From: an uncultured virus (IMG/VR IMGVR_UViG_3300020305_000266)
Lineage: Duplodnaviria; Heunggongvirae; Uroviricota; Caudoviricetes
Strand: one strand, 5' to 3'
Virus record (IMG/VR): IMGVR_UViG_3300020305_000266
DNA length: 20,000 bases
Position 1 is the stretch's first letter; each line of letters starts with the position of its first letter. Made by a program: the position numbers and the translations under genes. Shown one piece after another: positions 8,112-15,947 of this stretch. The notes under the pieces are model-generated. The model searched no databases and was not told the origin of the DNA. It saw only the letters and a list, made by a program, of their open reading frames with translations.

Positions 8112-9007
8112 GATATAAATGATCTACCATAATTTTGATTGACAGTTTTAAAAAATGTGCTTTGTTCTTCGTTTAACTGTAATACAGAAATAGGTAGCTG
8201 TAGTTGATTTATCAATTCAGTTCCTAAATTCCATATTTCGTTGTGTAGAATATCACCAGGTAACTCATCTCGGTTACCCCAAATTTCTTCTAAATGGTCG
8301 AAGTCTCTTACATTTATATAATCCCAGTCTGTGAGTAATGTCATTTGTAAGCCTTCTCTTGCTCCGTATATTGCCCAATCTCCGTTTTCAACATCACTAC
8401 CAACCATAGTCCAGATGTAAAGCATGTTTAAGTTCTTTGGATGACCTTGTAAAAATTGTTCATGTGTAGGTCTTACTCCTCTATCTGTAGCTAATTTTAC
8501 TCCTTCTCTAAATCCTGCTCTCCATGCTTGTTTAGGAGTAGTGTTGTTATGTGTCAAACTAAAACAGCTATTCTGTTGGATATATCGTGCGTCCCAACAA
8601 AAATCTACCTTAGCATGGATATTATCAGGATCAGCATTTTCATGTGTTTTCATGTTTAGAACATATTCTTTAGGCCAGCACTTTAGACCTCCGTTTCCAT
8701 ACATCAGTCCATTAATAACATTTTTGCCACACCAGCTTATAACACTATTAGACAAGTTTTCATTCTCTTCAAGGTCTATTACTTGATCTAAAAATTCTTG
8801 CTTTATAGTATTATCGCCATCTACAGTTATAAATCTATCAGTTTCACTTAATTTAGCACAGGCTTTATGTGCCGCATCGGACCCTTTTATCCCATGTACA
8901 CGTTTGGCCCAAGGAACCTTGGTCAATAAGTCTGCGTAATTTTTTTCAGCATTTGGTTCATCATAACTTAAAAAAATTATATCTAGTTCTGCTATTTTAA
9001 TTTTCAT
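8108..9007 (-). CDS. GT-A-fold glycosyltransferase-like protein (paralog of 6065-6754)
   Basis: DIIFLSYDEP, GIKGSDAAH, DxD motif in FITVDGDN, YGNGGLK and WRAGFREGVKL; GAGGTGA SD upstream. Confidence 0.7.
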   Translation of the reverse strand: MKIKIAELDIIFLSYDEPNAEKNYADLLTKVPWAKRVHGIKGSDAAHKACAKLSETDRFITVDGDNTIKQEFLDQVIDLEENENLSNSVISWCGKNVINGLMYGNGGLKCWPKEYVLNMKTHENADPDNIHAKVDFCWDARYIQQNSCFSLTHNNTTPKQAWRAGFREGVKLATDRGVRPTHEQFLQGHPKNLNMLYIWTMVGSDVENGDWAIYGAREGLQMTLLTDWDYINVRDFDHLEEIWGNRDELPGDILHNEIWNLGTELINQLQLPISVLQLNEEQSTFFKTVNQNYGRSFIS

Positions 9008-9174
9008 AAATCACCTCTTATCACACTATCTCCAAACATTAAATATATTAACGTTTCGTATTTTTCGTCTATTTCAACCCATAATTCTCCTACGAATTCA
9101 TTTGTAAAAGCTCTACAAGGAAATGCTTTTTGAATTCCGTAATATGGTCCAAGATGTTTACAAATAATTTTCAT
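9004..9174 (-). CDS. Small hypothetical protein, 56 aa (absent from the supplied ORF track)
   Basis: Translated by hand: MKIICKHLGPYYGIQKAFPCRAFTNEFVGELWVEIDEKYETLIYLMFGDSVIRGDL*. It fills the gap in the operon, its start lies inside the upstream gene's end, and its TGA overlaps the next ATG (ATGA). Confidence 0.7.
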   Translation of the reverse strand: MKIICKHLGPYYGIQKAFPCRAFTNEFVGELWVEIDEKYETLIYLMFGDSVIRGDL

Positions 9175-9685
9175 TAGTTTCTCTGGTTACACAATCAGCG
9201 AATACATTTTTTGTATATACGCTGTAAGTTTCAATGTTATTGAAAGGAAACATTTCTTTTGATCCTATCTTAAAAGTAAAAGTATTTAACAAGTAATGTG
9301 GGTCTCCTTTTTTTGTAACATAAAAAGTTATTTCATTTAAGTTCTTTGGTGTGTCTAATGTTTTAACATAACACTTGTTCCTACTTCTATCAACAACAAA
9401 TTCTATGTCATGGAATTCATCTTTGGGTTTATATAATTCATTAAGCAAAAAAGTCTGTTGTTCTTGATCAACATTTTTCTTTAATTCAAAGGATTTATTT
9501 CTTTTATTATACTGGACTGCCCAATTTATAAAATTCTCTTTAAGCGTTTGAAATGGTTTAGCTTGATCATCAGTAATTTCAATATGTTCATAATTAGAAT
9601 TAATATTAGGACCTATACTAAAAATTTCTCCGCTTTCCTTATTGAAGCAAACGTATTGTTGTGTTTTCACTTTGATATCAGCCAT
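9158..9685 (-). CDS. Hypothetical protein
   Basis: 175-aa ORF overlapping neighbours on both sides; no motif recognised. Confidence 0.75.
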   Translation of the reverse strand: MADIKVKTQQYVCFNKESGEIFSIGPNINSNYEHIEITDDQAKPFQTLKENFINWAVQYNKRNKSFELKKNVDQEQQTFLLNELYKPKDEFHDIEFVVDRSRNKCYVKTLDTPKNLNEITFYVTKKGDPHYLLNTFTFKIGSKEMFPFNNIETYSVYTKNVFADCVTRETNENYL

Positions 9686-10478
9686 ATGCTTTTTCTAACC
9701 TTTCACAAAAGCTATTTTCAGTATAATGTAATATTCCATGTTGTAAATAGTTACCTATCTTAAGTTGCTTATCATTGTTAAAATAATAGGGTATAGATTC
9801 AGTCCAATCTTGTTGTGCTACTTGCCAATCCTGTACTTGCGACTTCATATGAACAAAACTTGCGGGAGCAAATATATAATTTTCTATATTCTCGTCTAAT
9901 AAAGTAATGGCATGATTAAGATCCATACTGCTAACCTTAGGAGTTAGTTTCGGAGTATATATTTTGTAATAATCTTTATAATTTCTACAAACATGTTCTA
10001 GTTTTAAGTAATATTTCAAAGCTACATCATTTTGTTGGAAGTAATGAAAAGCACAGTATACATTAGGAATATTATTTTCAACAAATGTTTTCCTATAATA
10101 GTTGTTTGTTACTAATTTGTTTTTATATGTTCTAACATTACTTGTAAAACATACGTCATAATTACTCAAATAATTCCACCAATGGCTAATATCGCTTAAG
10201 AATAGCATGTCCGTATCTAGTAATACTGTTTCTTTGTAAGGTGTACTGTGAAAAGCCTTCCATCTAATATCTGTTCTATAAAAATCAACTTTATTTCTAT
10301 CCGAAATTGGAATATCTATAATTTTATCAAATACATCCGTATATTCATCTGGAACCTTATCTCCAGTTAGTAGAGAAACATTGTTAATTGTTTGGGTATG
10401 TTTAATACTTTTAGCACAAAGGTAAGCCTGTTTTATATATTCAGTACCTGTCGCTATAATTATATAACCTTTAGACAT
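9678..10478 (-). CDS. GT-A glycosyltransferase (GT8/mannosyltransferase-like DxD family)
   Basis: GYIIIA...YIKQAYLCAKSIK, VFDKII, TPYKETVLLDTDMLFL (DxD), FVHMK and LHY. Confidence 0.78.
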   Translation of the reverse strand: MSKGYIIIATGTEYIKQAYLCAKSIKHTQTINNVSLLTGDKVPDEYTDVFDKIIDIPISDRNKVDFYRTDIRWKAFHSTPYKETVLLDTDMLFLSDISHWWNYLSNYDVCFTSNVRTYKNKLVTNNYYRKTFVENNIPNVYCAFHYFQQNDVALKYYLKLEHVCRNYKDYYKIYTPKLTPKVSSMDLNHAITLLDENIENYIFAPASFVHMKSQVQDWQVAQQDWTESIPYYFNNDKQLKIGNYLQHGILHYTENSFCERLEKAYG

Positions 10479-11301
10479 TCAAATGTCTTTCCAAACTAAA
10501 CTTATTCATCACATGAATATTCATATCTTTGACAGTAGATAGTATGTACTCATTTGTTATATTTTGTTTTTGCGTCAAAAATGTTAAAGTGTCATCTTTA
10601 ATCTTATGTAATACATCTCTATCTAATGTGTAATACATTTTTCCAGGTAGTGACTTTGTCCAGGAACCTTCTTCAAATCCATTCATAATGTGTATACCTA
10701 TACTAAAAAGATGATCATTTCTAAAATTGCGACTTCCTAAATCGTACACATCACTATAGTATTTCCAATTATCGTAAAGATGTTTTAACAGATCAAAAAA
10801 TATCTTGTTTTCTTTACTCTTAGTAAAATAAAAACAAGTAGCCCAATAGAAAGGAATTCCTTTATCGTTTATATAATCAAATTCACTGTAGTTTCTCCAT
10901 TGGCATAAGTCTACTCCGTGTTTGTAAATCTGAAAATCATAATCTAAGTCAAAAGCATGTTTAAAATTATCATTACAAATTATATAATCTGTATCTAATA
11001 CTAATGTTTTGTCATATGGGCTTAGATAATACGCATTATGTCTTTCGTTATTTTTAAAATGTAGGCTTTGAGAATAACCAAACCCGTCATTATATCGTTT
11101 TTGATTATCCTGTGCGTCATTTATTGTTATAATTTTATCAAAGACATCGTGATACTGTAAATCTATTTTATCAAATGTAGATGTTACTAAAGACACAGGT
11201 AAATTTAAATGCCTTTTTGAACGATAGGCAAGTTCTATTGCTTGTTTTATATAATCAATAGAACCATTATTGTTAGCAAAACAGATAATTCCATTAGACA
11301 T
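10471..11301 (-). CDS. GT-A glycosyltransferase (paralog of 9678-10478)
   Basis: GIICFA...YIKQAIELA, VFDKII, SPYDKTLVLDTDYII (DxD), FRND and HVMNK. Confidence 0.78.
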   Translation of the reverse strand: MSNGIICFANNNGSIDYIKQAIELAYRSKRHLNLPVSLVTSTFDKIDLQYHDVFDKIITINDAQDNQKRYNDGFGYSQSLHFKNNERHNAYYLSPYDKTLVLDTDYIICNDNFKHAFDLDYDFQIYKHGVDLCQWRNYSEFDYINDKGIPFYWATCFYFTKSKENKIFFDLLKHLYDNWKYYSDVYDLGSRNFRNDHLFSIGIHIMNGFEEGSWTKSLPGKMYYTLDRDVLHKIKDDTLTFLTQKQNITNEYILSTVKDMNIHVMNKFSLERHLNV

Positions 11302-11638
11302 CTACTAAACCTTTTACACTACGTCTAGTACTAAGAATCTTATAATCTTCGTTATACTGATTTGTTGCTTCAGTGTATTTCTGAATCAATGCCTCAGTAA
11401 AATCATTAAGGTCATTAATCTCAATAGGAGTTTGGTTATCATCAACTATAATAGTTTTAGTAGTTTTATTTAAAAGCATAGAACAGAAGTTTAACATCTC
11501 TCTGTTTGCTGTAAACGTTCCACCAAGATAGTAAATAATTAGGTTTTCTTGATACTTTTCGGACAGAATTCTCTTTTGATTATTCAGTGTTACAGAATAA
11601 TTCGAAAACTCTAACGCTTTTTCAAGAGATTCTTCCAT
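11294..11638 (-). CDS. Hypothetical protein, possible tail-fibre assembly chaperone (DUF4376-like)
   Basis: 114 aa with pattern helix-YYLGGTFTAN-helix-IIVDDNQTPIEI-helix, directly downstream of the fibre genes; strong TAGGAG SD. Confidence 0.45.
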   Translation of the reverse strand: MEESLEKALEFSNYSVTLNNQKRILSEKYQENLIIYYLGGTFTANREMLNFCSMLLNKTTKTIIVDDNQTPIEINDLNDFTEALIQKYTEATNQYNEDYKILSTRRSVKGLVDV

Positions 11639-11664
11639 AATTATACTCCTAGTTAATGTATAAC

Positions 11665-11672
11665 TATTTAAT
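11665..11672 (-). promoter_or_regulatory. TAAATA late-promoter-like motif heading the chaperone/glycosyltransferase operon
   Basis: Minus strand ATTAAATA, 26 nt upstream of ATG 11638, followed by TAGGAG. Confidence 0.45.
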
Positions 11673-11673
11673 C

Positions 11674-12588
11674 TTACAGAGCGTTGGTGGTATTGAAAGT
11701 TGGCGCCGGTATATTGACGCTGTTAATGTTATTTGGTCTGTTTTGTTGTGCTGTGCTTGACGTTGTTGCTGTTACTGCCTCATCAAAATTTGGATTTGGA
11801 CCTTTATCTTCATTAAATGTAACTTTGAAATATAAAACAGCCGAACTTTTGTATGCCTCTATTAAATAATCATTGGCACTATACGCACTTGCTGTTTTAT
11901 TAAAAATGGTTACATAAGATCCTGGCAAATTGTTATAACCATAACTAGTTCCAACCGAACCGTTACTTGTAGAACTCCTACCAAAAACCACTGTACCAAC
12001 TGATGACATCAAACTTCGCCAGTCATTGTTAATTGGAGTATTTCCCGATCCAATTACACCACTTAAATTAATAGTTCCGCCAGCATTAAAAAATATTCGC
12101 ATATGATCAATACCACTAATCGTAGTTTGACTTCCATCTCCGTTAGTAACAGAGTATCCACCGAATGTAACAGTAAAATAATGATCAATATCAGTTGACC
12201 AAGATGCTGATCTTGAACTTGTTACTCCTGATTCTAATCCTAATTGGCTTGCCGCAACACTTAATCTAGATGCCTGTGCTGTAATACTTAATGATTCGTA
12301 CTGAGCATATCCTTCTTTTGATGTTGCGTTAGAATCTTCAACTGTATCGCCTACTGAAGGAGGAGCAACCTCGCTTGGTAAACTTCCTGTTTGGTGAATT
12401 CTAATTTTTGTCAGGTCTGTGTCTAGGTTGACCATATCTTGAGCTGTAACTGTGTTACCTACTACAACAGTTTGACTGGTTACTGCTTGTCCGTATCCTT
12501 CGTCTCCTGCTCCTAATCCTAAAACTGCCGCTACTCTTGCTCTAATATTGTTATATCGTGCCGCGGTAATTGTATCGCCTACTGCCAT
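11674..12588 (-). CDS. Putative virion structural protein (tail/baseplate associated)
   Basis: 304 aa, rich in Gly/Ser/Thr/Asn and beta-like. N-terminal GDTITAARYNNI...GYGQ and internal FFNAGG are patterns I associate with jumbo-myophage tail proteins. AAGGA SD; located in the tail module. Confidence 0.65.
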   Translation of the reverse strand: MAVGDTITAARYNNIRARVAAVLGLGAGDEGYGQAVTSQTVVVGNTVTAQDMVNLDTDLTKIRIHQTGSLPSEVAPPSVGDTVEDSNATSKEGYAQYESLSITAQASRLSVAASQLGLESGVTSSRSASWSTDIDHYFTVTFGGYSVTNGDGSQTTISGIDHMRIFFNAGGTINLSGVIGSGNTPINNDWRSLMSSVGTVVFGRSSTSNGSVGTSYGYNNLPGSYVTIFNKTASAYSANDYLIEAYKSSAVLYFKVTFNEDKGPNPNFDEAVTATTSSTAQQNRPNNINSVNIPAPTFNTTNAL

Positions 12589-12604
12589 TTTACTTCCTTA
12601 TATT

Positions 12605-14083
12605 TTATAACTTCAAAATACATTCTACTAAAGTTTCTTCGTGTCTGTCATTGCTTTCTAAAGCAATACCTATCATGTCGCCGTTTCCGTCAACACTAGC
12701 TGTACCGTTATTAGCAATATATACAGACTCCCCTTTATTTACCGGACCTGTTATTCTTACAGGTACTCTTCCGACTAAGGCTACTGCTTGTCCTTCAGCT
12801 TCTGAATTCATTAAATATGCTGGTTTCATACTGATCACTCCAATACAAATTGCGTCATCACCTTCACATGCTGTAGCTTCTTTTTCTCCGCCAATCGTAA
12901 TAAGCGTTCCTACAGGGTAATTTTGATCAGTTTCGTATTTTTCAGCCAAGTCAGCATATCTAGCTTGTGTTGAAATACCATTGAAAACGTTTGCGGCTAT
13001 ATTACCACTTGAATCTCTTACTGCTACAGTATTATTAGTAGCACTTGTATCACCTGTTCTAAAATTACTACCTACCTGTAAGTTTGTTGCGTTTGTTGCC
13101 AATCCAATAAATGAAGTAGCATACATTGATCTAAATTTGTAATTGGTATCACCTATGTCATAAGTGGTTGTTGCTGTAGGAATAAGTCCTGCCGCTTGTA
13201 CATGGAATGGTTCAGTAGTAACACCACCACTTGATTTGACTTTAAATCTAATTTTTTGTCCAACTGTGTTATCAATTACTGCTTCGTCACCACTTCCTGA
13301 TGTATCAATCTTAATTGCTAAATCGTTAGCATCACCAACTGTTAAACCTGCGTCTGTAAATCTTACAATACTGTTAAAATTTGCCGCACCTGATAAAGCA
13401 TAATCACTAGCTGGTAAACCGTTTAACTTATCTGCGTTAGTTGCTGTGCCGTAAAATCTAAATGTTCCACTTGTTACTCCATCAGTTCCTGATGTAGTAT
13501 TTCTAAGTGTTAATCCCTGTCTTACAACATCAAATCCTGTAATAACATTTTGCGGATCTGTAGCATCTATTGTAAATTCTGAATTACTAATAATAAAGAC
13601 AACTCCGTCTTCTACAGTACCTTTAATAATTGTTCTATTGTTTTGACTAGAGTCTCTAACTTGCCCTGTAACCATAGCAGAAACTGTAGCACCAATACTT
13701 TGAGGACCAATTAAAACAAATCCTCCAGCGGCATTTTGTGCGTATAATTGATTATTTCCACTATCCCACCAAAAATCACCAGTGGTTAATCCTACAGGTT
13801 GTGTTCCACTTACTTCTGCTCCACCTGTAGATCTAAATTTTGTACCATCGTAAAACTTCAGTTTGCTTCCTGAACTATCAAACCAAATCTGTCCTGTTAA
13901 GGGTGATGCTGGTTGATTAGCACTTGAAAAGTTTTCAAGTAAGTGTACAAAGTTTTCGTTTTGTATTTCCCCGTAGCCAGCATAGTTTTTACCAACTAGC
14001 TTTAGAGATGTGCTTTGATCAATAGTACCATCTTCAACAGTTGCTAACTGCGATCCGTTTGTTAAGTTTATTACGTATGCCAT
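12605..14083 (-). CDS. Tail fibre protein with C-terminal peptidase-G2-like intramolecular chaperone/autocleavage domain
   Basis: Shared MAY...GKNYAGYGE...ENFVHLLENF...GQIWFD N-terminal module. Last 117 aa read YADLAEKY...IGVIS..PAYLMN...VALVGRVPV..GPVNKG. Confidence 0.82.
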   Translation of the reverse strand: MAYVINLTNGSQLATVEDGTIDQSTSLKLVGKNYAGYGEIQNENFVHLLENFSSANQPASPLTGQIWFDSSGSKLKFYDGTKFRSTGGAEVSGTQPVGLTTGDFWWDSGNNQLYAQNAAGGFVLIGPQSIGATVSAMVTGQVRDSSQNNRTIIKGTVEDGVVFIISNSEFTIDATDPQNVITGFDVVRQGLTLRNTTSGTDGVTSGTFRFYGTATNADKLNGLPASDYALSGAANFNSIVRFTDAGLTVGDANDLAIKIDTSGSGDEAVIDNTVGQKIRFKVKSSGGVTTEPFHVQAAGLIPTATTTYDIGDTNYKFRSMYATSFIGLATNATNLQVGSNFRTGDTSATNNTVAVRDSSGNIAANVFNGISTQARYADLAEKYETDQNYPVGTLITIGGEKEATACEGDDAICIGVISMKPAYLMNSEAEGQAVALVGRVPVRITGPVNKGESVYIANNGTASVDGNGDMIGIALESNDRHEETLVECILKL

Positions 14084-14108
14084 CTATAACCCCTAATCAT
14101 GTTATATG

Positions 14109-14116
14109 TATTTATA
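14109..14116 (-). promoter_or_regulatory. T4-type late promoter TATAAATA
   Basis: Exact T4 gp55 consensus on the minus strand, overlapping the upstream stop codon, 25 nt before ATG 14083, with TAGGGG SD in between. Confidence 0.65.
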
Positions 14117-15947
14117 TTAAATTGCCCGGAGTTAGGTCTTGTACATAACCCCAGCTACCCCCATTTATCCTAAATAATTTTAAAGATCTTTGTACTGTAG
14201 ATGTAATAGCACCTGTCACATCGTTAAATGTAGCATCTCCTATTACAGATACACTACCGCTATCACTTCCACCACCATCTAATTGTTGTACAACCACTAA
14301 ACTTTTGTTGAAACTTGCGTTTAAGTTTGCCGCTGAAAGCGTTGCTGTAGCGCCAGTAGTGGCTGTACAGTGAACTCTAGCTTCACAACCTTCTACTTTT
14401 CCTCCTGCTGGAGCAATATCCTGTATAATAGTTGCTATATTAGTATTTAGATTAGCGCCTGAACCTAATCCTGTTATATCTAAAGCCAAAGCAATCACTT
14501 CTGTGCCTATAGCTGTATCAACATAATTTTTCGTTGTAACGTCAGTTGTTCCTGTAGGGTCTGATACTCCAGTAATTTTTCTTGGAGTAACAAAATTCAT
14601 ATTACCTGCTAGTGTTAAATTTAAACCATTTCCACTACCGTCTACAACACCTGTGCTAACTCCTATACCGCCTGTAAAGCTGATGTTTCCAATGTTAGCT
14701 GTAGTTAAGTTACCAATAGATGTAATACCTGGAGCCTGTGTTCCGTCTATAACATCTACACCGTTATATTTTAATTTACCTGTACCAGTAAAGTTTATAC
14801 TATTACCTGTAGTCCAAGCGTTTGTAGATTGTCTCCACAACCATTCTTTATCTCCACCAGATGATTTAACAATAATACCTGCTGAATCTATCTGTGTATC
14901 GTTTAACAATGTACTGTCTGAACCTAATCCTAATTCTATGTTCTTATCTTCAACTCTTAATGTAGCTGAATCTATAGTTGTAGTTGATCCTGCCACTGTT
15001 AAATTACCAGAAACTTTTACATCTCCTGTGACATCTAATGTAGCACTAGGACTTGAATTGTAAATACCAACTTTACTATCTGTAGAATTAATTGTTATAG
15101 CATCTCGCTTACCTAAACTAGTAGTCATTCTAATAATGTAGTTTTCACCACTAACATTATTCTCTGATACAACACCAAGATTAGTTACTTTTAAAACATT
15201 GTTATCAGTCAATCCAACTGTAAGTCCGTTATTGTTTCTTATACTTAAAGCGCCACTTGTAGAATCGTCTGAGTCACTAGCTAAAAACTGTGCCGCTGTT
15301 CTAACAACACCCTGTGAATCAACAAGTGATGATGTTCTAGATGCCGTTCCAGCATACACAAAGTCTGAGTCTACAACGTTAAAACCTTTAACAACGTTTC
15401 CTGTGAAACTAGGAATTGTATCAATGTTCTGAGGTGTAAAAGCAATTTTACTCCATAGTCCAACAAGTGTTCCTCCAACCCAATACTTTACAATAGTTCT
15501 ACTTGTACCTGTGTTATCAAGAACAGTTACAACTTGTGGACCTGATCGTCCTTGGAACGCATTATATATAGGTCCTGCTAGTTCTAAGTCTGTACCATCA
15601 AAAAAGTAAAGTTGGTTAGCTTCGTTGTTTATCCATAAATCTCCAGCAACCATACTAGGCTGTGTTGATTGTACAAGAGGTCCGCCGCCTGTTGTCCAAG
15701 CAGTTCCGGTATATACTTTTAATCTAGATGTAGATGTATCCCACCAAATCTGTCCTGCTAAAGGTGTGCTAGGAGCAGATGAATTAGCAAAGTTTTCTAA
15801 CAAGTGAACAAAGTTTTCATTTATAGATTCGCCAAACCCTGCGTAATTTTTTCCAATAAGTGAAATATCAGTTGTTGTAGTATCTATCTGTCCGTCTGCT
15901 AGATTAACAAGTAACGTTCCACTAGTTTTATTAATTTGATATGCCAT
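14112..15947 (-). CDS. Tail fibre / baseplate-attached fibre protein
   Basis: Same N-terminal module; fibre-type segments VGI....PSATLDVTG, GNLTVAGSTTTI and ITGVSDPT...DVTTKNYVD. Confidence 0.8.
   Translation of the reverse strand: MAYQINKTSGTLLVNLADGQIDTTTTDISLIGKNYAGFGESINENFVHLLENFANSSAPSTPLAGQIWWDTSTSRLKVYTGTAWTTGGGPLVQSTQPSMVAGDLWINNEANQLYFFDGTDLELAGPIYNAFQGRSGPQVVTVLDNTGTSRTIVKYWVGGTLVGLWSKIAFTPQNIDTIPSFTGNVVKGFNVVDSDFVYAGTASRTSSLVDSQGVVRTAAQFLASDSDDSTSGALSIRNNNGLTVGLTDNNVLKVTNLGVVSENNVSGENYIIRMTTSLGKRDAITINSTDSKVGIYNSSPSATLDVTGDVKVSGNLTVAGSTTTIDSATLRVEDKNIELGLGSDSTLLNDTQIDSAGIIVKSSGGDKEWLWRQSTNAWTTGNSINFTGTGKLKYNGVDVIDGTQAPGITSIGNLTTANIGNISFTGGIGVSTGVVDGSGNGLNLTLAGNMNFVTPRKITGVSDPTGTTDVTTKNYVDTAIGTEVIALALDITGLGSGANLNTNIATIIQDIAPAGGKVEGCEARVHCTATTGATATLSAANLNASFNKSLVVVQQLDGGGSDSGSVSVIGDATFNDVTGAITSTVQRSLKLFRINGGSWGYVQDLTPGNLI

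Noticed and set aside
84..9763. Short alternative ORFs in the enzyme region (84-266, 933-1277, 2808-3098, 4045-4230, 5556-5762, 6886-7089, 7419-7625, 8541-8786, 9548-9763)
   Set aside because: All lie antisense to longer, motif-bearing or operon-coupled genes and have no recognisable motifs; treated as shadow ORFs.
1..11301. Ordinary bacterial LPS/capsule locus
   Set aside because: No flippase, polymerase, ABC exporter or other membrane protein is visible, and the block is continuous with phage tail genes and shares late-promoter-like motifs.
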